Below are positions 26,601-35,458 of a DNA stretch of 64,000 bases, piece after piece. The number at the start of each line of letters is the position of its first letter. Within the stretch, counting starts at the first letter, position 1. The notes below the pieces were generated by a model, which saw only the letters and a list, made by a program, of their open reading frames with translations, ran no database searches and was not told the origin of the DNA. The translations under genes were made by a program, and so were the position numbers. Source of the DNA: Candidatus Sulfotelmatobacter sp. (GTDB lineage Bacteria > Verrucomicrobiota > Verrucomicrobiia > Limisphaerales > UBA11358); assembly GCA_035503455.1 (NCBI GenBank), contig DATJTK010000170.1:65383-129382 (forward strand). Direction: 5' to 3'.

Positions 26601-27043
26601 AGGACAGCCTCCGCGCCACCAACGGCGATACTCTCCTGGTCTGGCACACCATTTACGATCCGCCCGGCAAACATGCGCTGCAAGTGGAATGGACCTACGT
26701 TGACACAAACGGCGCCGAGTATTATGGCAGGGGTCCGGCGATTGCCGTTACCACCAGCAATTTCTGCCAATTCAGCCAGGATTGTGTGACGTACGACGTC
26801 GATCGCGGCGCCACTTTCCACGCGCGCCTGCCCGAAAAAAACGGAATCTACACCATCGAATGCGTCACCACCAACGGCCAACATCTGAAGACCCTCAGTG
26901 GCAGCACCACCAATGGCGAATTCAACGTGCTTTGGAACCTGGTGGACGACAACAGCAATCGGTTGACCGGCGAGTGGTTTAACTCCATCGTTCACGTCAG
27001 CCTTCCCGATTCCGGCCGCTTCCAAACAATGCGCGGGCCATGA
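23642..27043 (+). CDS. Membrane-anchored HEAT-repeat protein (1,133 aa)
   Basis: N-terminal anchor MKKPWVTLSWLILALVAGGAFLY. Central coiled-coil (EAWAEEMAKVQANGQAQEQRAQQDAEEMRQ). HEAT/PBS-lyase-type repeats (VREGVVTALGGIG..VRRDAAGALGSF..AREGALSGLGKI..IQRSAAYALRDLG). ATG 23642 preferred because start 23492 would overlap the divergent gene. Confidence 0.8.
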   Translation: MKKPWVTLSWLILALVAGGAFLYAILPSEPFATGESSVVKTRQALRQQGFKTDVTNFDFSTSPDMRAREAAIKATSPSRNNPSFLVEPDLMEVATPHSAVVVWQQSALKVPDPEESGKSDMIPWDDFRQFVGAQRTRADAACQAILSGPIAFNLDARAGDFMLLPHLAVLRNLAFLLCGRTILALHDGDHADAWTNLLAATRLVTAWQPEPAKVSHSTRFDIMHLVYDLTWQALQTNDWSDNELAQLQAEWESANFLTNLSEVQAFMGASDVKMFEHDELSSQRPRARFNQMPPPSFNEFLNQALRDPFSLWQQMHSRWSQRAYFHGGMYEDERRLLLFYRDRQVEYRNAIQASTWMQMRQMPGVTTEVFFQPNYPGWGLFENALNMRRMNTRFQGQGASFLGRAAEAETERRIIVTALALERYREKNGAYPDSLQSLAPEFLQAVPVDFMNGQPLHYQASNGGHFLLYSVGLDCVDNGGNLQTNANNIDFYYSGRREQPSPGYDIVWPYPASADQVAAARKKESEAWAEEMAKVQANGQAQEQRAQQDAEEMRQAAMKKLLAEKPSLGQEPVYQGVPLSAWVIKAGQFDYNGAPEDAVAAIRAIGPKAVPFLLEWMPRPGAEQPVDGAPGWDGVEIAWWALGSQGKSAILALAHLLSLPQKTMDDYSVWTESAKAISYLGPDAITPMLTVATNMEGQHFMWELLANFQNLGTNGAPAVPAIVHWANDSDYWVREGVVTALGGIGERPDLAVPVLTNILEHDSNGMVRRDAAGALGSFANDSDAVLPLLSKTLKYPDWQAREGALSGLGKIQNKPGVVVPLIAPFLYADNNVIQRSAAYALRDLGNPAGYRVLLNARNAPSGWPGIGDIIYQVQQEIETTNWEQSPLREARVPGILAAKWSWDTNTAPDEEKMVEYLANTNVTGAGSRTMADLLMPKQVITGNEPEELTYEFPVSYDRTTNNGFCLLLDADTNPASLYAPDSGAAIQDSLRATNGDTLLVWHTIYDPPGKHALQVEWTYVDTNGAEYYGRGPAIAVTTSNFCQFSQDCVTYDVDRGATFHARLPEKNGIYTIECVTTNGQHLKTLSGSTTNGEFNVLWNLVDDNSNRLTGEWFNSIVHVSLPDSGRFQTMRGP

Positions 27044-27056
27044 TCACGTGAGCAAC

Positions 27057-27719
27057 TCAACGATCAAATGGCGGCCTGCGAAGAAATTTTCGGATGGAGA
27101 TGAAAACACGCGGAAGCATCGTATAGATTTCTACAGTCAATTTATCACCATCAAGCGCGTCGAACGGACGACCAAAGAACCTTTTACAAATGTTGAACGC
27201 CAACGCTTCGCCATGCGTCACGAGGTCCTTATTGCCGGATTTGTTGAGCACCTCCGATTCCTCCTCCAAAAGTGTGCCTTCGTTTAGAACCACGCCGCGC
27301 TCGGCGTCGCCAAAGGCTTTGCGCCGCAAGACTGACTTTTCGTACAACGCGTATGCGAAATAATTTGTGCTGCTCTCCAGATCAAACGCAAATACATCCC
27401 CCGAGGGAAACAACGACACAAAGCGCTGAATCAATTCGTTGTTTTCGTGTTCGACCGTCCCGATGAGATCGGGGAGCCCGGCAATAATAGCCGCCCCTGG
27501 CTTGGTTGGATCTTCCCCATAGGCGCCGATGCAAAAACTTCGCCTTCGATCAATTGCGTCGAGTCCGCTTTCGAGAAAGACATACGAAGTACTCCAAGTC
27601 ACCAGGATTCGCATCTTGTCGAGGATCGCTCTGCCCGCTGTCTCGTCATGCTTCATCTCCGTGCCGAGATAGCCGGGCTGGCGCTCATTGGCAATGATGC
27701 AACAGATCTTCCATCCCAT
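27057..27719 (-). CDS. Hypothetical protein (220 aa)
   Basis: ORF with coding-like composition. No motif recognised. Confidence 0.6.
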   Translation of the reverse strand: MGWKICCIIANERQPGYLGTEMKHDETAGRAILDKMRILVTWSTSYVFLESGLDAIDRRRSFCIGAYGEDPTKPGAAIIAGLPDLIGTVEHENNELIQRFVSLFPSGDVFAFDLESSTNYFAYALYEKSVLRRKAFGDAERGVVLNEGTLLEEESEVLNKSGNKDLVTHGEALAFNICKRFFGRPFDALDGDKLTVEIYTMLPRVFISIRKFLRRPPFDR

Positions 27720-27851
27720 ACGTAATCCTAGTGATTCATGGCGTTTTGCCAGGGTATGCTCGCCCGAATCGTAACCTATTGAACCGTGCGGATCAATTCG
27801 TTATATCCTGGAAACGGGTGGAACGCCAGATGCTATCCATCCTGATTACTT

Positions 27852-28271
27852 ATGGCAGATGATCCATTCACAGTTGCTGGAAACGTAAGTCTTGATGATC
27901 GCCGGGACCGGCGGATTGACGGGAATTTGGTTCGGTGTCTGATTTGTCTGGCGGTGGTCGTCGGCGGCCTTTGCTGGACGTTCAGAAAGGACTTCAGCCG
28001 GAAACCGGCCGTTCCGGCCCAGGCCGATAATCAAACGCATCAAACGAAAGCGCTCCAGGACGCCGCTCCGTCGGTCCAGCCGGAACCCGCCCGTCGTTAC
28101 GGCGTGAAAGTTGGCGATACTGTGGAAATCTCCGCGCTGAAACCGCCCGTCGCTGCCCACGGCGCTCTGATTACCGGGATGAATGACGACCAACTGACGA
28201 TTCGCGTCGGCAGCGATACATTCGCCATTCGCTGGGAAAATATTGATCGCCTTAAGGCAGAGGGCAAATAA
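27852..28271 (+). CDS. Hypothetical single-pass membrane protein
   Basis: TM segment LVRCLICLAVVVGGLCWTF followed by a small beta-rich C-terminal domain. The overlapping minus-strand ORF 27846..28280 looks like antisense noise. Confidence 0.55.
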   Translation: MADDPFTVAGNVSLDDRRDRRIDGNLVRCLICLAVVVGGLCWTFRKDFSRKPAVPAQADNQTHQTKALQDAAPSVQPEPARRYGVKVGDTVEISALKPPVAAHGALITGMNDDQLTIRVGSDTFAIRWENIDRLKAEGK

Positions 28272-28336
28272 ACTCGACACCGGACCCTTGGTGGAGAATT
28301 TTTCTACCCCGCCTGTGTTTTATTCGATCGAACATA

Positions 28337-29545
28337 TCACGACCTGAAAATCACTCCTTCGCGATGGAACATCCACACCGTTGCCCCCAGCGCAATGGCC
28401 GCATAAACACAGGCCGATCCAAAAATTAGCAGAATGTAGTTCCAGTGCCAGATGCCTTCCAGCATTTCGCGGCAAGTCAGGCTGACGTTCATCAACGGCA
28501 CCAGGGCGAGTTTGGGGGTCAGCTCCATTCCCGGCAGAATTGCCGGGATCACCGGCAGGATCAGCAGGACCATTAATGGCCCCGCATAACTTTGGGCTTC
28601 GCGGAAACTTTTTGAAAATAAGCCGATCATCAGCATGAGCGCCGACAGCATGATGGCCACCGGCAATAACAGCACGAACACTCCCGACAATCCCGCGACA
28701 TCAATCGTGGAAACGCTCTCTATCAATCGTGGCGGCAACGACTGCGCCATGACCCGCCTGGCCACTTCGAACGTCCCGCACATACTTGACAACGCAAGGA
28801 TGACCGTGGCAATGGAGATGGTGAAAACCGCCAGAAACTTTCCCAACGCCAGGTTGATCCGCGCTACCGGGCAACGCAGGATGGTTTCCATCGTTCCGCG
28901 CTCTTTTTCTCCGACAGTGACATCAATCGCCGGATACATGGCGCCCATAAAGCACATGACGATGATTAAATACGGAAGTAATCCGCCGAGCAGGCTGCCG
29001 GCAACCATCGCCGGTGGCGCGACATTCTCCTGCTGAATTGCGAAAGGCTTCAGGATTTCCACCGGAATATTTCGGTTTTTCAGGCGTTCCCGCACGGTCG
29101 TATCGCTCAGCCGTCTGAAGAAGGCATCCAGTCTTTGCGCCGCGAACTGGGAAGCGACATCTGTTTGATACACGTAGATACTCACCTCGGCCTTATCTCC
29201 GCGCATGACCCTCGCGTCAAAATCCGGCGGCAGCCTGACCGCGGCCCGCACTTGTTTCTGGACAATCTGGTTCGTAAAGTCGTCCGTTGCCGGAACGATC
29301 TTGAAGTCCCCGGTCGCGCGCAATGCCGAAAGCACGTTCGACGAAGCGCCACCACCGATGATCATCACTCGCGGGATTTCAGCCTGCGCTTTGGTCATGG
29401 TCTTCACCATCATTGCGCCAACGCCGAACATCAACAACGGCATTGCCAATGTCGGAATCACAATCATGGAAATGAGGGTGCGATAATCCCGCAGGGAGTC
29501 GCGCATTTCCTTGCCATAAACGGTCCCAATCGCGCGCCAGTTCAT
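28337..29545 (-). CDS. ABC-2 family transporter permease (NatB-like)
   Basis: 402 aa: one N-terminal TM, a large periplasmic loop, then a C-terminal bundle of 5 TM helices. Overlaps the upstream ATPase stop by 4 nt. Confidence 0.8.
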   Translation of the reverse strand: MNWRAIGTVYGKEMRDSLRDYRTLISMIVIPTLAMPLLMFGVGAMMVKTMTKAQAEIPRVMIIGGGASSNVLSALRATGDFKIVPATDDFTNQIVQKQVRAAVRLPPDFDARVMRGDKAEVSIYVYQTDVASQFAAQRLDAFFRRLSDTTVRERLKNRNIPVEILKPFAIQQENVAPPAMVAGSLLGGLLPYLIIVMCFMGAMYPAIDVTVGEKERGTMETILRCPVARINLALGKFLAVFTISIATVILALSSMCGTFEVARRVMAQSLPPRLIESVSTIDVAGLSGVFVLLLPVAIMLSALMLMIGLFSKSFREAQSYAGPLMVLLILPVIPAILPGMELTPKLALVPLMNVSLTCREMLEGIWHWNYILLIFGSACVYAAIALGATVWMFHREGVIFRS

Positions 29546-30278
29546 GCGTTCACCTCCACGGACCGGATAAAAACCTCTTCCAAATCCGTTGCTTGAAATT
29601 GCGCCCGCAGTTGCTCCAGCGTGCCTTCCGCCCGCAAACGGCCGCTATGAATGATGCCGATCCGGTCGCACAGTTTTTCCGCCTCGCTCATAACGTGCGT
29701 CGAAAAAATGACCGTCTTGCCGTTCTGCCGGCAGTCCCGGATAAATTGGACGATGGTGCGCGCGGTCATCACGTCCAATCCGAGTGTGGGCTCGTCAAAA
29801 ATCATGACTTGCGGATCGTGAACCAGGGTTCGGACGATGGATACCTTCTGTTTCATCCCGGTGGAAAGCTTGTCGCAACGGCGGTTTTCAAATCCGCCCA
29901 TTTCGAGCCTGGAAAATAGTTCCTGAATACGCGCCGCAGCGCGTCTTCGTCTACCCCATAAAGCCGTCCGAAGTACTCGGCCGTTTCCCGCGCGGTCAAC
30001 CTGCCGTACAACGCTGTGCCGCTCGAAATGAATCCGACTCGGGCGCGAACGCTATCGGGTTCACGGACAATGTCATAGCCCGCGACGGATGCCGTTCCCG
30101 AACTGGGCCTGAGCAGCGTGGCCAGCATCCGCAATGTGGTCGTCTTGCCCGCCCCGTTGGCGCCCAATAACCCGTAAATCTCTCCCGGCTCGCAGTGAAA
30201 TTCAACGCCGTCAACCGCGCGCACAGAGCCTAGCTTCCGGTCGCGGTATAGTTTTGTCAGTTGGCGGGCTTCAATCAT
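29542..30278 (-). pseudogene. ABC transporter ATP-binding protein (NatA-like) interrupted by a 1-nt frameshift
   Basis: Walker A (GLLGANGAGKTTTL) is in ORF 29853..30359, with real start MIEARQL at 30278. The signature and Walker B (LSTGMKQKVSIVRTLVHDPQVMIFDEPTLGLD) are in ORF 29542..29901. The frames switch near 29925-29935, between ...YGVDEDALRR and IQELFSRLEMGG. Confidence 0.8.
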
Positions 30279-30377
30279 AGGAAATAGACCAGACGAACGG
30301 CCTGGGCTCACGGTCTCTGCCCATTGAATTGTCGAAATTCGACTGACAAACGCAGGCAAGACCCTGTCCTCCAGGAA

Positions 30378-30815
30378 TCACGGCGCGGACAGTTTAGCTA
30401 CTGCATCCGGTGGGGCAAAGGCCTGAAAATGTTTAAGGTTCAAGGTGTAGATTACTTCCACGCCCGCCTTTATTGCCGCTTTAAGCAAGAGTGCATCGTA
30501 AATGGTCCCTCCCCGCAGTCCGGCTCCCGCTGCTTCTCGCAGCAGCGCGGCGTATTCGCCTCCGGCCAGGCCGACAATTTTGAAATGTTTTAAAATGTTT
30601 TCCTCGATGCTTAAGAGAGCCTGTTCGGGCGTATGACGATAGAGCGGAGGCAGCTTAGTCAGGACTGCGTACGTTTCCGCAAGGCTGTGAGCGGATATTA
30701 CCCCCTCATCCTTTTTGTTCTGGACTCGTTCCAGAACTGCGAATGCCCGTTCGTGGGCTGTGTGCTGTTTTATGACTGCGGAGACAAGAACGCTGGTGTC
30801 TGCAAAGACGTTCAT
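30378..30815 (-). CDS. vapC: PIN-domain toxin
   Basis: MNVFADTSVLV (first acidic residue of the PIN fold), 145 aa. ATGA overlap with the upstream antitoxin. Confidence 0.85.
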   Translation of the reverse strand: MNVFADTSVLVSAVIKQHTAHERAFAVLERVQNKKDEGVISAHSLAETYAVLTKLPPLYRHTPEQALLSIEENILKHFKIVGLAGGEYAALLREAAGAGLRGGTIYDALLLKAAIKAGVEVIYTLNLKHFQAFAPPDAVAKLSAP

Positions 30816-31111
30816 TTCCGCCCTTTTTGCGAAAGTCCCTTGGTCAGGTTTTTCAAGAGATTTCCGCCCTCGTCCGCTCGAACGCTTTCGACCGTCTCAT
30901 TGTCCAGGAAGTCCCCCTCAGCGGCGGAAAACACCAAAGCGTGGCCCCGCCTGATGAATCCAGACGCTTCCCTGGTTGGACGGAGCGTGACCTCGCTGCC
31001 GTGTATTGAGATTTTTAACAGGTCGCCAGGATTGATGGCGAGTTCTTCTCGAACCTGCTTCGGCAGTACGACTCGCCCGGCCTTGTCGATTGGAACCAAA
31101 ATATCATTCAT
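30812..31111 (-). CDS. vapB: AbrB/SpoVT-type antitoxin
   Basis: IDKAGRVVLPKQVREELAINPGDLLKI swapped-hairpin AbrB motif, 99 aa. Confidence 0.85.
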   Translation of the reverse strand: MNDILVPIDKAGRVVLPKQVREELAINPGDLLKISIHGSEVTLRPTREASGFIRRGHALVFSAAEGDFLDNETVESVRADEGGNLLKNLTKGLSQKGRK

Positions 31112-31119
31112 ACCATTTC

Positions 31120-31148
31120 AAAATACCATTGCCATGTTAAAATGGCAA
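31120..31148 (-). promoter_or_regulatory. vapBC promoter with overlapping operator palindrome
   Basis: On the minus strand: TTGCCA (31148-31143), a 17-nt spacer, then TATTTT (31125-31120), 8 nt before ATG 31111. The palindrome TTGCCAT-N6-ATGGCAA (31129-31148) covers the -35 and spacer. Confidence 0.55.
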
Positions 31149-31171
31149 CAAGCGTTACCTTCCCCGCCAGT

Positions 31172-31364
31172 TTCGTTCACAAACCGGTGAACGAACACAA
31201 AACAAAGAATGCATTTTTGGCCTGGAACCTCGTTTTTTCGTTCACCAAAAACTCCCGAGATTTGCCAACGAAAAGCCCGTATTTTGAGCGCCCTAATAAT
31301 TCGTTCACACTTTCGTGCACTTCGTTTACCCTGAAAACACCCACACTCGCGATTTGGTGAACGA
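31172..31364. promoter_or_regulatory. Array of seven TTCGTTCAC-like motifs
   Basis: TTCGTTCAC at 31172, 31237 and 31300. Variants TTCGTGCAC (31312) and TTCGTTTAC (31321). Inverted copies GTGAACGAA (31187) and GTGAACGA (31357). The first pair forms the palindrome TTCGTTCAC-N6-GTGAACGAA. Confidence 0.5.
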
Positions 31365-31414
31365 GTCTCCAATGGGCAGTTTGCGGCTTAGCCGGCGGCC
31401 TGGAATCGCGGCCC

Positions 31415-31462
31415 AAAATTTTTTAAAAAACCACTTGCAAACGCTTTTGACTCTGATAGTTT
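31415..31462 (+). promoter_or_regulatory. Candidate rplB-operon promoter with A/T-rich UP-like element
   Basis: AAAATTTTTTAAAAAA (31415-31430), TTGCAA (31435-31440), a 16-nt spacer, TAGTTT (31457-31462). This leaves a ~135-nt leader before ATG 31599. Confidence 0.4.
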
Positions 31463-31598
31463 ATGCGCTCCGTTTCCCCTGAAAGGAATGGACAGCATGT
31501 TTGCAGACCGATAACCGAATGCTCCACCAGGAGCCGGGATTGATGGCCTGCCAACTTCAAAGTTGCTGATGAAACTTTTACGCTCAATGCGTTGATTT

Positions 31599-32453
31599 AT
31601 GCCAGTTAAAACATTTAGACCGCTAACGCCGTCCACGCGATACATTACTATCGCGGACTATAGCGACATTACAAAGACAAAGCCGGAAAAATCCCTTGTC
31701 GAAATTCGCAAGAAGACAGGCGGACGCAATCATTACGGTCGTGTCACCGCTCGCGGTATCGGCGGCGGCCATAAACAGAAAATCCGCATCGTGGATTTCA
31801 AACGCAATAAGCACGGCGTCGAAGCCACTGTGGCTGCGATTGAATATGACCCGATGCGTTCGGCGCGCCTGGCCTTGCTCCAATATACCGACGGCGAAAA
31901 GCGTTATATTATCGCTCCTACGGGCATCCAGGTAGGCAAAAAGATTTCCAGCGGCCCGGCGGCTCCTCCTGAAATTGGCAACGCGTTGCCGCTCAAGTTG
32001 ATCCCGGTCGGGCATGCCATTCATAATATCGAATTGGCGCCCGGACGCGGCGGCCAAATGGTGCGTTCGGCGGGTGGCGCGGCTACATTGATGTCGCGCG
32101 ATGCGGGCTATGCTCAAATCCGTTTGCCCTCGGGCGAAATTCGCCGGGTCAATGAAGAGTGTTACGCGACGATCGGCCAGGTTGGAAACGCGGAGCATGA
32201 AAATGTCATTTTAGGCAAAGCGGGACGTTCGCGGCATCGTGGCATTCGCCCCATCAACCGTGGTGTTACCCGCAACCCTGTCGACCATCCGAACGGTGGT
32301 GGCGCAGGTAAATCAAAGTCCGGCGGTGGCTGGCAACAGTTGACTTCGCCGTGGGGCAAGATTGCCAAAGGCGGCAAAACCCGCGCGAAGTACAAATACT
32401 CGAACCGCTTCATCGTTGTGCGCCGCAACGGGCTGCCAATTAAGATTAAATAG
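31599..32453 (+). CDS. rplB: 50S ribosomal protein L2
   Basis: [14 protein letters not shown]..., [16 protein letters not shown]. Confidence 0.98.
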   Translation: MPVKTFRPLTPSTRYITIADYSDITKTKPEKSLVEIRKKTGGRNHYGRVTARGIGGGHKQKIRIVDFKRNKHGVEATVAAIEYDPMRSARLALLQYTDGEKRYIIAPTGIQVGKKISSGPAAPPEIGNALPLKLIPVGHAIHNIELAPGRGGQMVRSAGGAATLMSRDAGYAQIRLPSGEIRRVNEECYATIGQVGNAEHENVILGKAGRSRHRGIRPINRGVTRNPVDHPNGGGAGKSKSGGGWQQLTSPWGKIAKGGKTRAKYKYSNRFIVVRRNGLPIKIK

Positions 32454-32455
32454 TT

Positions 32456-32737
32456 ATGGGACGCTCAATTAAAAAAGGTCCGTTTGTCGATTTCCACCTT
32501 CAGGACAAAATCCAGAAGGCCAGGGACGCCAAGTCCAAGTCGCCCATCAAAACGTGGTCCCGCCGCTCGATGATTACGCCGGACTTTGTAGGGCTGACGT
32601 TTAACGTTCACAACGGCAAGATTTTCAACCCGGTCTTCGTGACCGAAAACATGGTGGGTCATCGGCTGGGGGAATTTGCGCTCACGCGCACCTTCAAGAA
32701 ACACGGAGCGCACACAGCCAAGGCGGAGGCGAAGTAA
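32456..32737 (+). CDS. rpsS: 30S ribosomal protein S19
   Basis: [12 protein letters not shown]...TFNVHNGK...GHRLGEF. Confidence 0.98.
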   Translation: MGRSIKKGPFVDFHLQDKIQKARDAKSKSPIKTWSRRSMITPDFVGLTFNVHNGKIFNPVFVTENMVGHRLGEFALTRTFKKHGAHTAKAEAK

Positions 32738-32741
32738 TCTT

Positions 32742-33074
32742 ATGGAAGTATTCGCAATTACCAAAAATATCCCGATGTCCGCGCAGAAGATGCGCGAAGT
32801 CGTGCGGCAAATCCAGGGGTTGCCCGCGCTGCAGGCGCAGGCGGTGCTGGCCGTGGTGCCGCGGAAGGGCGCGCGCGTTGTCTCCAAGACGTTGAAGTCC
32901 GCCATCGCCAACGCCGAAAATAATAACAAGCTCAGGCCGGAAAATTTGCGGATCAAGGAAGCGGTAGCGGGAACGGCGATGAGCATCAAACGGTTTACTC
33001 CCAAGGCGCGCGGTTCGGCGGGTCCCATCATCAAGCGCCGTTGCCACGTAAAAATCACTTTGTCTGACGAATAA
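32742..33074 (+). CDS. rplV: 50S ribosomal protein L22
   Basis: [26 protein letters not shown]... Internal ATG 32742 of ORF 32676..33074 fits the S19 stop. Confidence 0.95.
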   Translation: MEVFAITKNIPMSAQKMREVVRQIQGLPALQAQAVLAVVPRKGARVVSKTLKSAIANAENNNKLRPENLRIKEAVAGTAMSIKRFTPKARGSAGPIIKRRCHVKITLSDE

Positions 33075-33076
33075 TT

Positions 33077-33757
33077 ATGGGCCAAAAAACAAATCCAATC
33101 GGTCTGCGCGTCGCCGTCAACAAAGACTGGCGCTCCAAATGGTTTGCCGGGAAAAAAGATTTCGGCCAATTGCTCAATGAAGACCGCGAGATCCGCGAGT
33201 TGCTCAAGAAGAAACTGGAAACGGCCTCAGTGCCGAAAATTTTGATCGAACGCGCCACCAACCGCTGCCGCGTCACCATTTTGACCGCCCGCCCCGGCGT
33301 AGTCATTGGCCGCAAAGGAGCGGAAATTGACAAGCTCAAGGAAGAGCTCAGCCGCAAAACCGGCAAGGAAGTCTACGTGGACATCGTGGAAGTCAAAACT
33401 CCGGAATTGGATGCCCAGCTTGTGGCGGAAAACATTGCGCTCCAATTGGAGCGCCGCGTTTCGTTCCGCCGGGCGATGAAGAAGGCATTGCAAACGGCCA
33501 AGGATTTTGGCGCTGAAGGCATCAAAGTGCGCGCGGCGGGGCGCCTGGGTGGCGCTGAACTGGCGCGTGTGGAACAATATCACTGGGGCCGTGTGCCGTT
33601 GCACACCCTCCGTGCGAACATCGATTACGGGTTCGCCGAGGCGTTCACGGTTTACGGCAAACTCGGAATTAAATGCTGGATTTGCCGCGGCGAAAACAAA
33701 CCGCAAAAGAAACAGGAACCCCGTCCGGCGGATGCGCCGATTCCGGCGTCAGCTTGA
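33077..33757 (+). CDS. rpsC: 30S ribosomal protein S3
   Basis: [12 protein letters not shown]..., KH domain, [10 protein letters not shown]. Confidence 0.98.
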   Translation: MGQKTNPIGLRVAVNKDWRSKWFAGKKDFGQLLNEDREIRELLKKKLETASVPKILIERATNRCRVTILTARPGVVIGRKGAEIDKLKEELSRKTGKEVYVDIVEVKTPELDAQLVAENIALQLERRVSFRRAMKKALQTAKDFGAEGIKVRAAGRLGGAELARVEQYHWGRVPLHTLRANIDYGFAEAFTVYGKLGIKCWICRGENKPQKKQEPRPADAPIPASA

Positions 33758-33776
33758 TTTGATTTTTTAAGATTTT

Positions 33777-34193
33777 ATGCCATTACAACCGGCACGAGTT
33801 AAGTATCGCAAAATGCATCGAGGCAGCCGCGCGGGCACCGCGCGCAGCGGCAACACCGTGGCTTTCGGCGAATATGGATTGATGGCCCTGGAACGCTGCT
33901 GGATGGACACCAAGCAGATCGAGGCTGCGCGCGTAGCCATTGCGCGCAACATGAAACGGCACGGGAAAATGTGGATCCGGATTTTCCCGCAAAAATCGTT
34001 TACCAAGAAGCCGTTGGAAACGCGTATGGGCAAGGGCAAGGCGCCCCTCGAATCGTGGGTTGCTGTTATTCGTCCCGCGAACGTGCTTTTTGAAGTGGAC
34101 GGCGTGACGGAAGCCGTTGCGCGCGAATCCCTTCGCCTGGCGGCCACCAAGCTGCCCATTAAGACGCGGTTCATTTCGCGGCATAGTCACTGA
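33777..34193 (+). CDS. rplP: 50S ribosomal protein L16
   Basis: [16 protein letters not shown]...RMGKGKG. Confidence 0.98.
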   Translation: MPLQPARVKYRKMHRGSRAGTARSGNTVAFGEYGLMALERCWMDTKQIEAARVAIARNMKRHGKMWIRIFPQKSFTKKPLETRMGKGKAPLESWVAVIRPANVLFEVDGVTEAVARESLRLAATKLPIKTRFISRHSH

Positions 34194-34211
34194 TTAAACG
34201 GCCCAAAATTT

Positions 34212-34415
34212 ATGAAGTATTCGGACTCGAAAATTAAAGATGCGACGCTGGTGGAATTGTCAGCGTTGGGCCGCGATCTGCGCCACGAGATGTTTAATCT
34301 GCGCTTGCAGCAGGCCAGCGCCCAGTTGGAAAAGCCGGCGCGCCTGCGTACTCTTCGCAAAGACATCGCCCGCGTTGAAACACGGATTTCCGAATTGCGG
34401 AACAAAGCAAAATGA
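34212..34415 (+). CDS. rpmC: 50S ribosomal protein L29
   Basis: 67 aa, L..E...LR.EMFNLRLQ pattern, correct position in the operon. Confidence 0.95.
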   Translation: MKYSDSKIKDATLVELSALGRDLRHEMFNLRLQQASAQLEKPARLRTLRKDIARVETRISELRNKAK

Positions 34416-34458
34416 AGAATCGGATTAATCCATCCATCCACCAATCCAAATTTTAAAC

Positions 34459-34773
34459 ATGGCTGAAGAAACACAGAATGCTCAAACCGCTCCCGCCCCG
34501 AAGGGCGGCAACCGCAAGGAACGCGTTGGCGAGGTCGTCTCCAACAAAATGACCAAGACGATCATTGTCCGCGTTGAACGCCGTTTTCCACACCCGCAGT
34601 TCAAGAAAATTGTGACTGCCTATAAGAAATTTTACGCGCACGATGAAAAGGCCGAGGCGAAGCTCGGCGACACGGTGCGCATCCAGGAAACGCGCCCAAT
34701 GTCCAGGCTGAAACGCTGGAAACTCGTTGAGGTAGTGGAGCGCAATGCGCGGGAGACGGCCACGGCCGCTTGA
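34459..34773 (+). CDS. rpsQ: 30S ribosomal protein S17
   Basis: [29 protein letters not shown]...YAHDE...[13 protein letters not shown]. Confidence 0.97.
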   Translation: MAEETQNAQTAPAPKGGNRKERVGEVVSNKMTKTIIVRVERRFPHPQFKKIVTAYKKFYAHDEKAEAKLGDTVRIQETRPMSRLKRWKLVEVVERNARETATAA

Positions 34774-34781
34774 TTTGATTT

Positions 34782-35147
34782 ATGTTGCAAGTTCGTTCCA
34801 GTTTGGATGTTGCCGACAATACCGGCGCCAAGATTGCCTGGGCCATCGGCGTGCTCGGCCGCAACCAGCGTTACGCCGGCATCGGCGACGTCATCAAGGT
34901 CCATATCAAAGACGCCGCGCCGGACGGCACTGTGAAGAAGGGCGAAGTTCATGACGCCGTGATCGTGCGGACCAGGCAGGTCATTCGCCGCACGGACGGT
35001 TCGTATCTGCGGTTCGACCGCAACGCCTGCGTCATCATCGACAAAGAATTGAATCCGAAAGGCACGCGTATTTTCGGGCCGGTGGCGCGCGAGTTGCGCG
35101 AGAAGAAATTCATGAAAATTATTTCGCTCGCGCCCGAAGTCATTTGA
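34782..35147 (+). CDS. rplN: 50S ribosomal protein L14
   Basis: [17 protein letters not shown]...GPVARELR. Confidence 0.98.
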   Translation: MLQVRSSLDVADNTGAKIAWAIGVLGRNQRYAGIGDVIKVHIKDAAPDGTVKKGEVHDAVIVRTRQVIRRTDGSYLRFDRNACVIIDKELNPKGTRIFGPVARELREKKFMKIISLAPEVI

Positions 35148-35184
35148 AGAAATTCAATACTCAAAATTCAAAATTTAAAATTCA

Positions 35185-35442
35185 ATGAAGTGTCACGTAA
35201 AAAAAGGCGATCAGGTGGTCGTGCTGGCCGGCAAGGAAAAGGGCAAGCGCGGCAAAATCATCGCCGTGTTTCCGAAGAAGGAACGGGCGATTGTTGAGGG
35301 CCTGCAAATGATCAAGCGCCACACCCGCAAAAGCCAGCAGCACCCCAACGGCGCGATCATCGAGCGCGAAGGGACCATCCATATTTCAAACTTGATGAAG
35401 GCCGAACACGTCCAGGAACCGGCCCACGCCGAAAACGAATAG
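35185..35442 (+). CDS. rplX: 50S ribosomal protein L24
   Basis: VKKGDQVVVLAGKEKGKRGKI KOW motif. Confidence 0.95.
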   Translation: MKCHVKKGDQVVVLAGKEKGKRGKIIAVFPKKERAIVEGLQMIKRHTRKSQQHPNGAIIEREGTIHISNLMKAEHVQEPAHAENE

Positions 35443-35458
35443 TTGTAAACTTTCTAAC

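Noticed and set aside
27846-28280. 144-aa minus-strand ORF overlapping 27852..28271(+).
   Set aside because: The plus-strand product has a clean TM helix plus a plausible folded C-terminal domain. The minus-strand translation lacks any such organisation.
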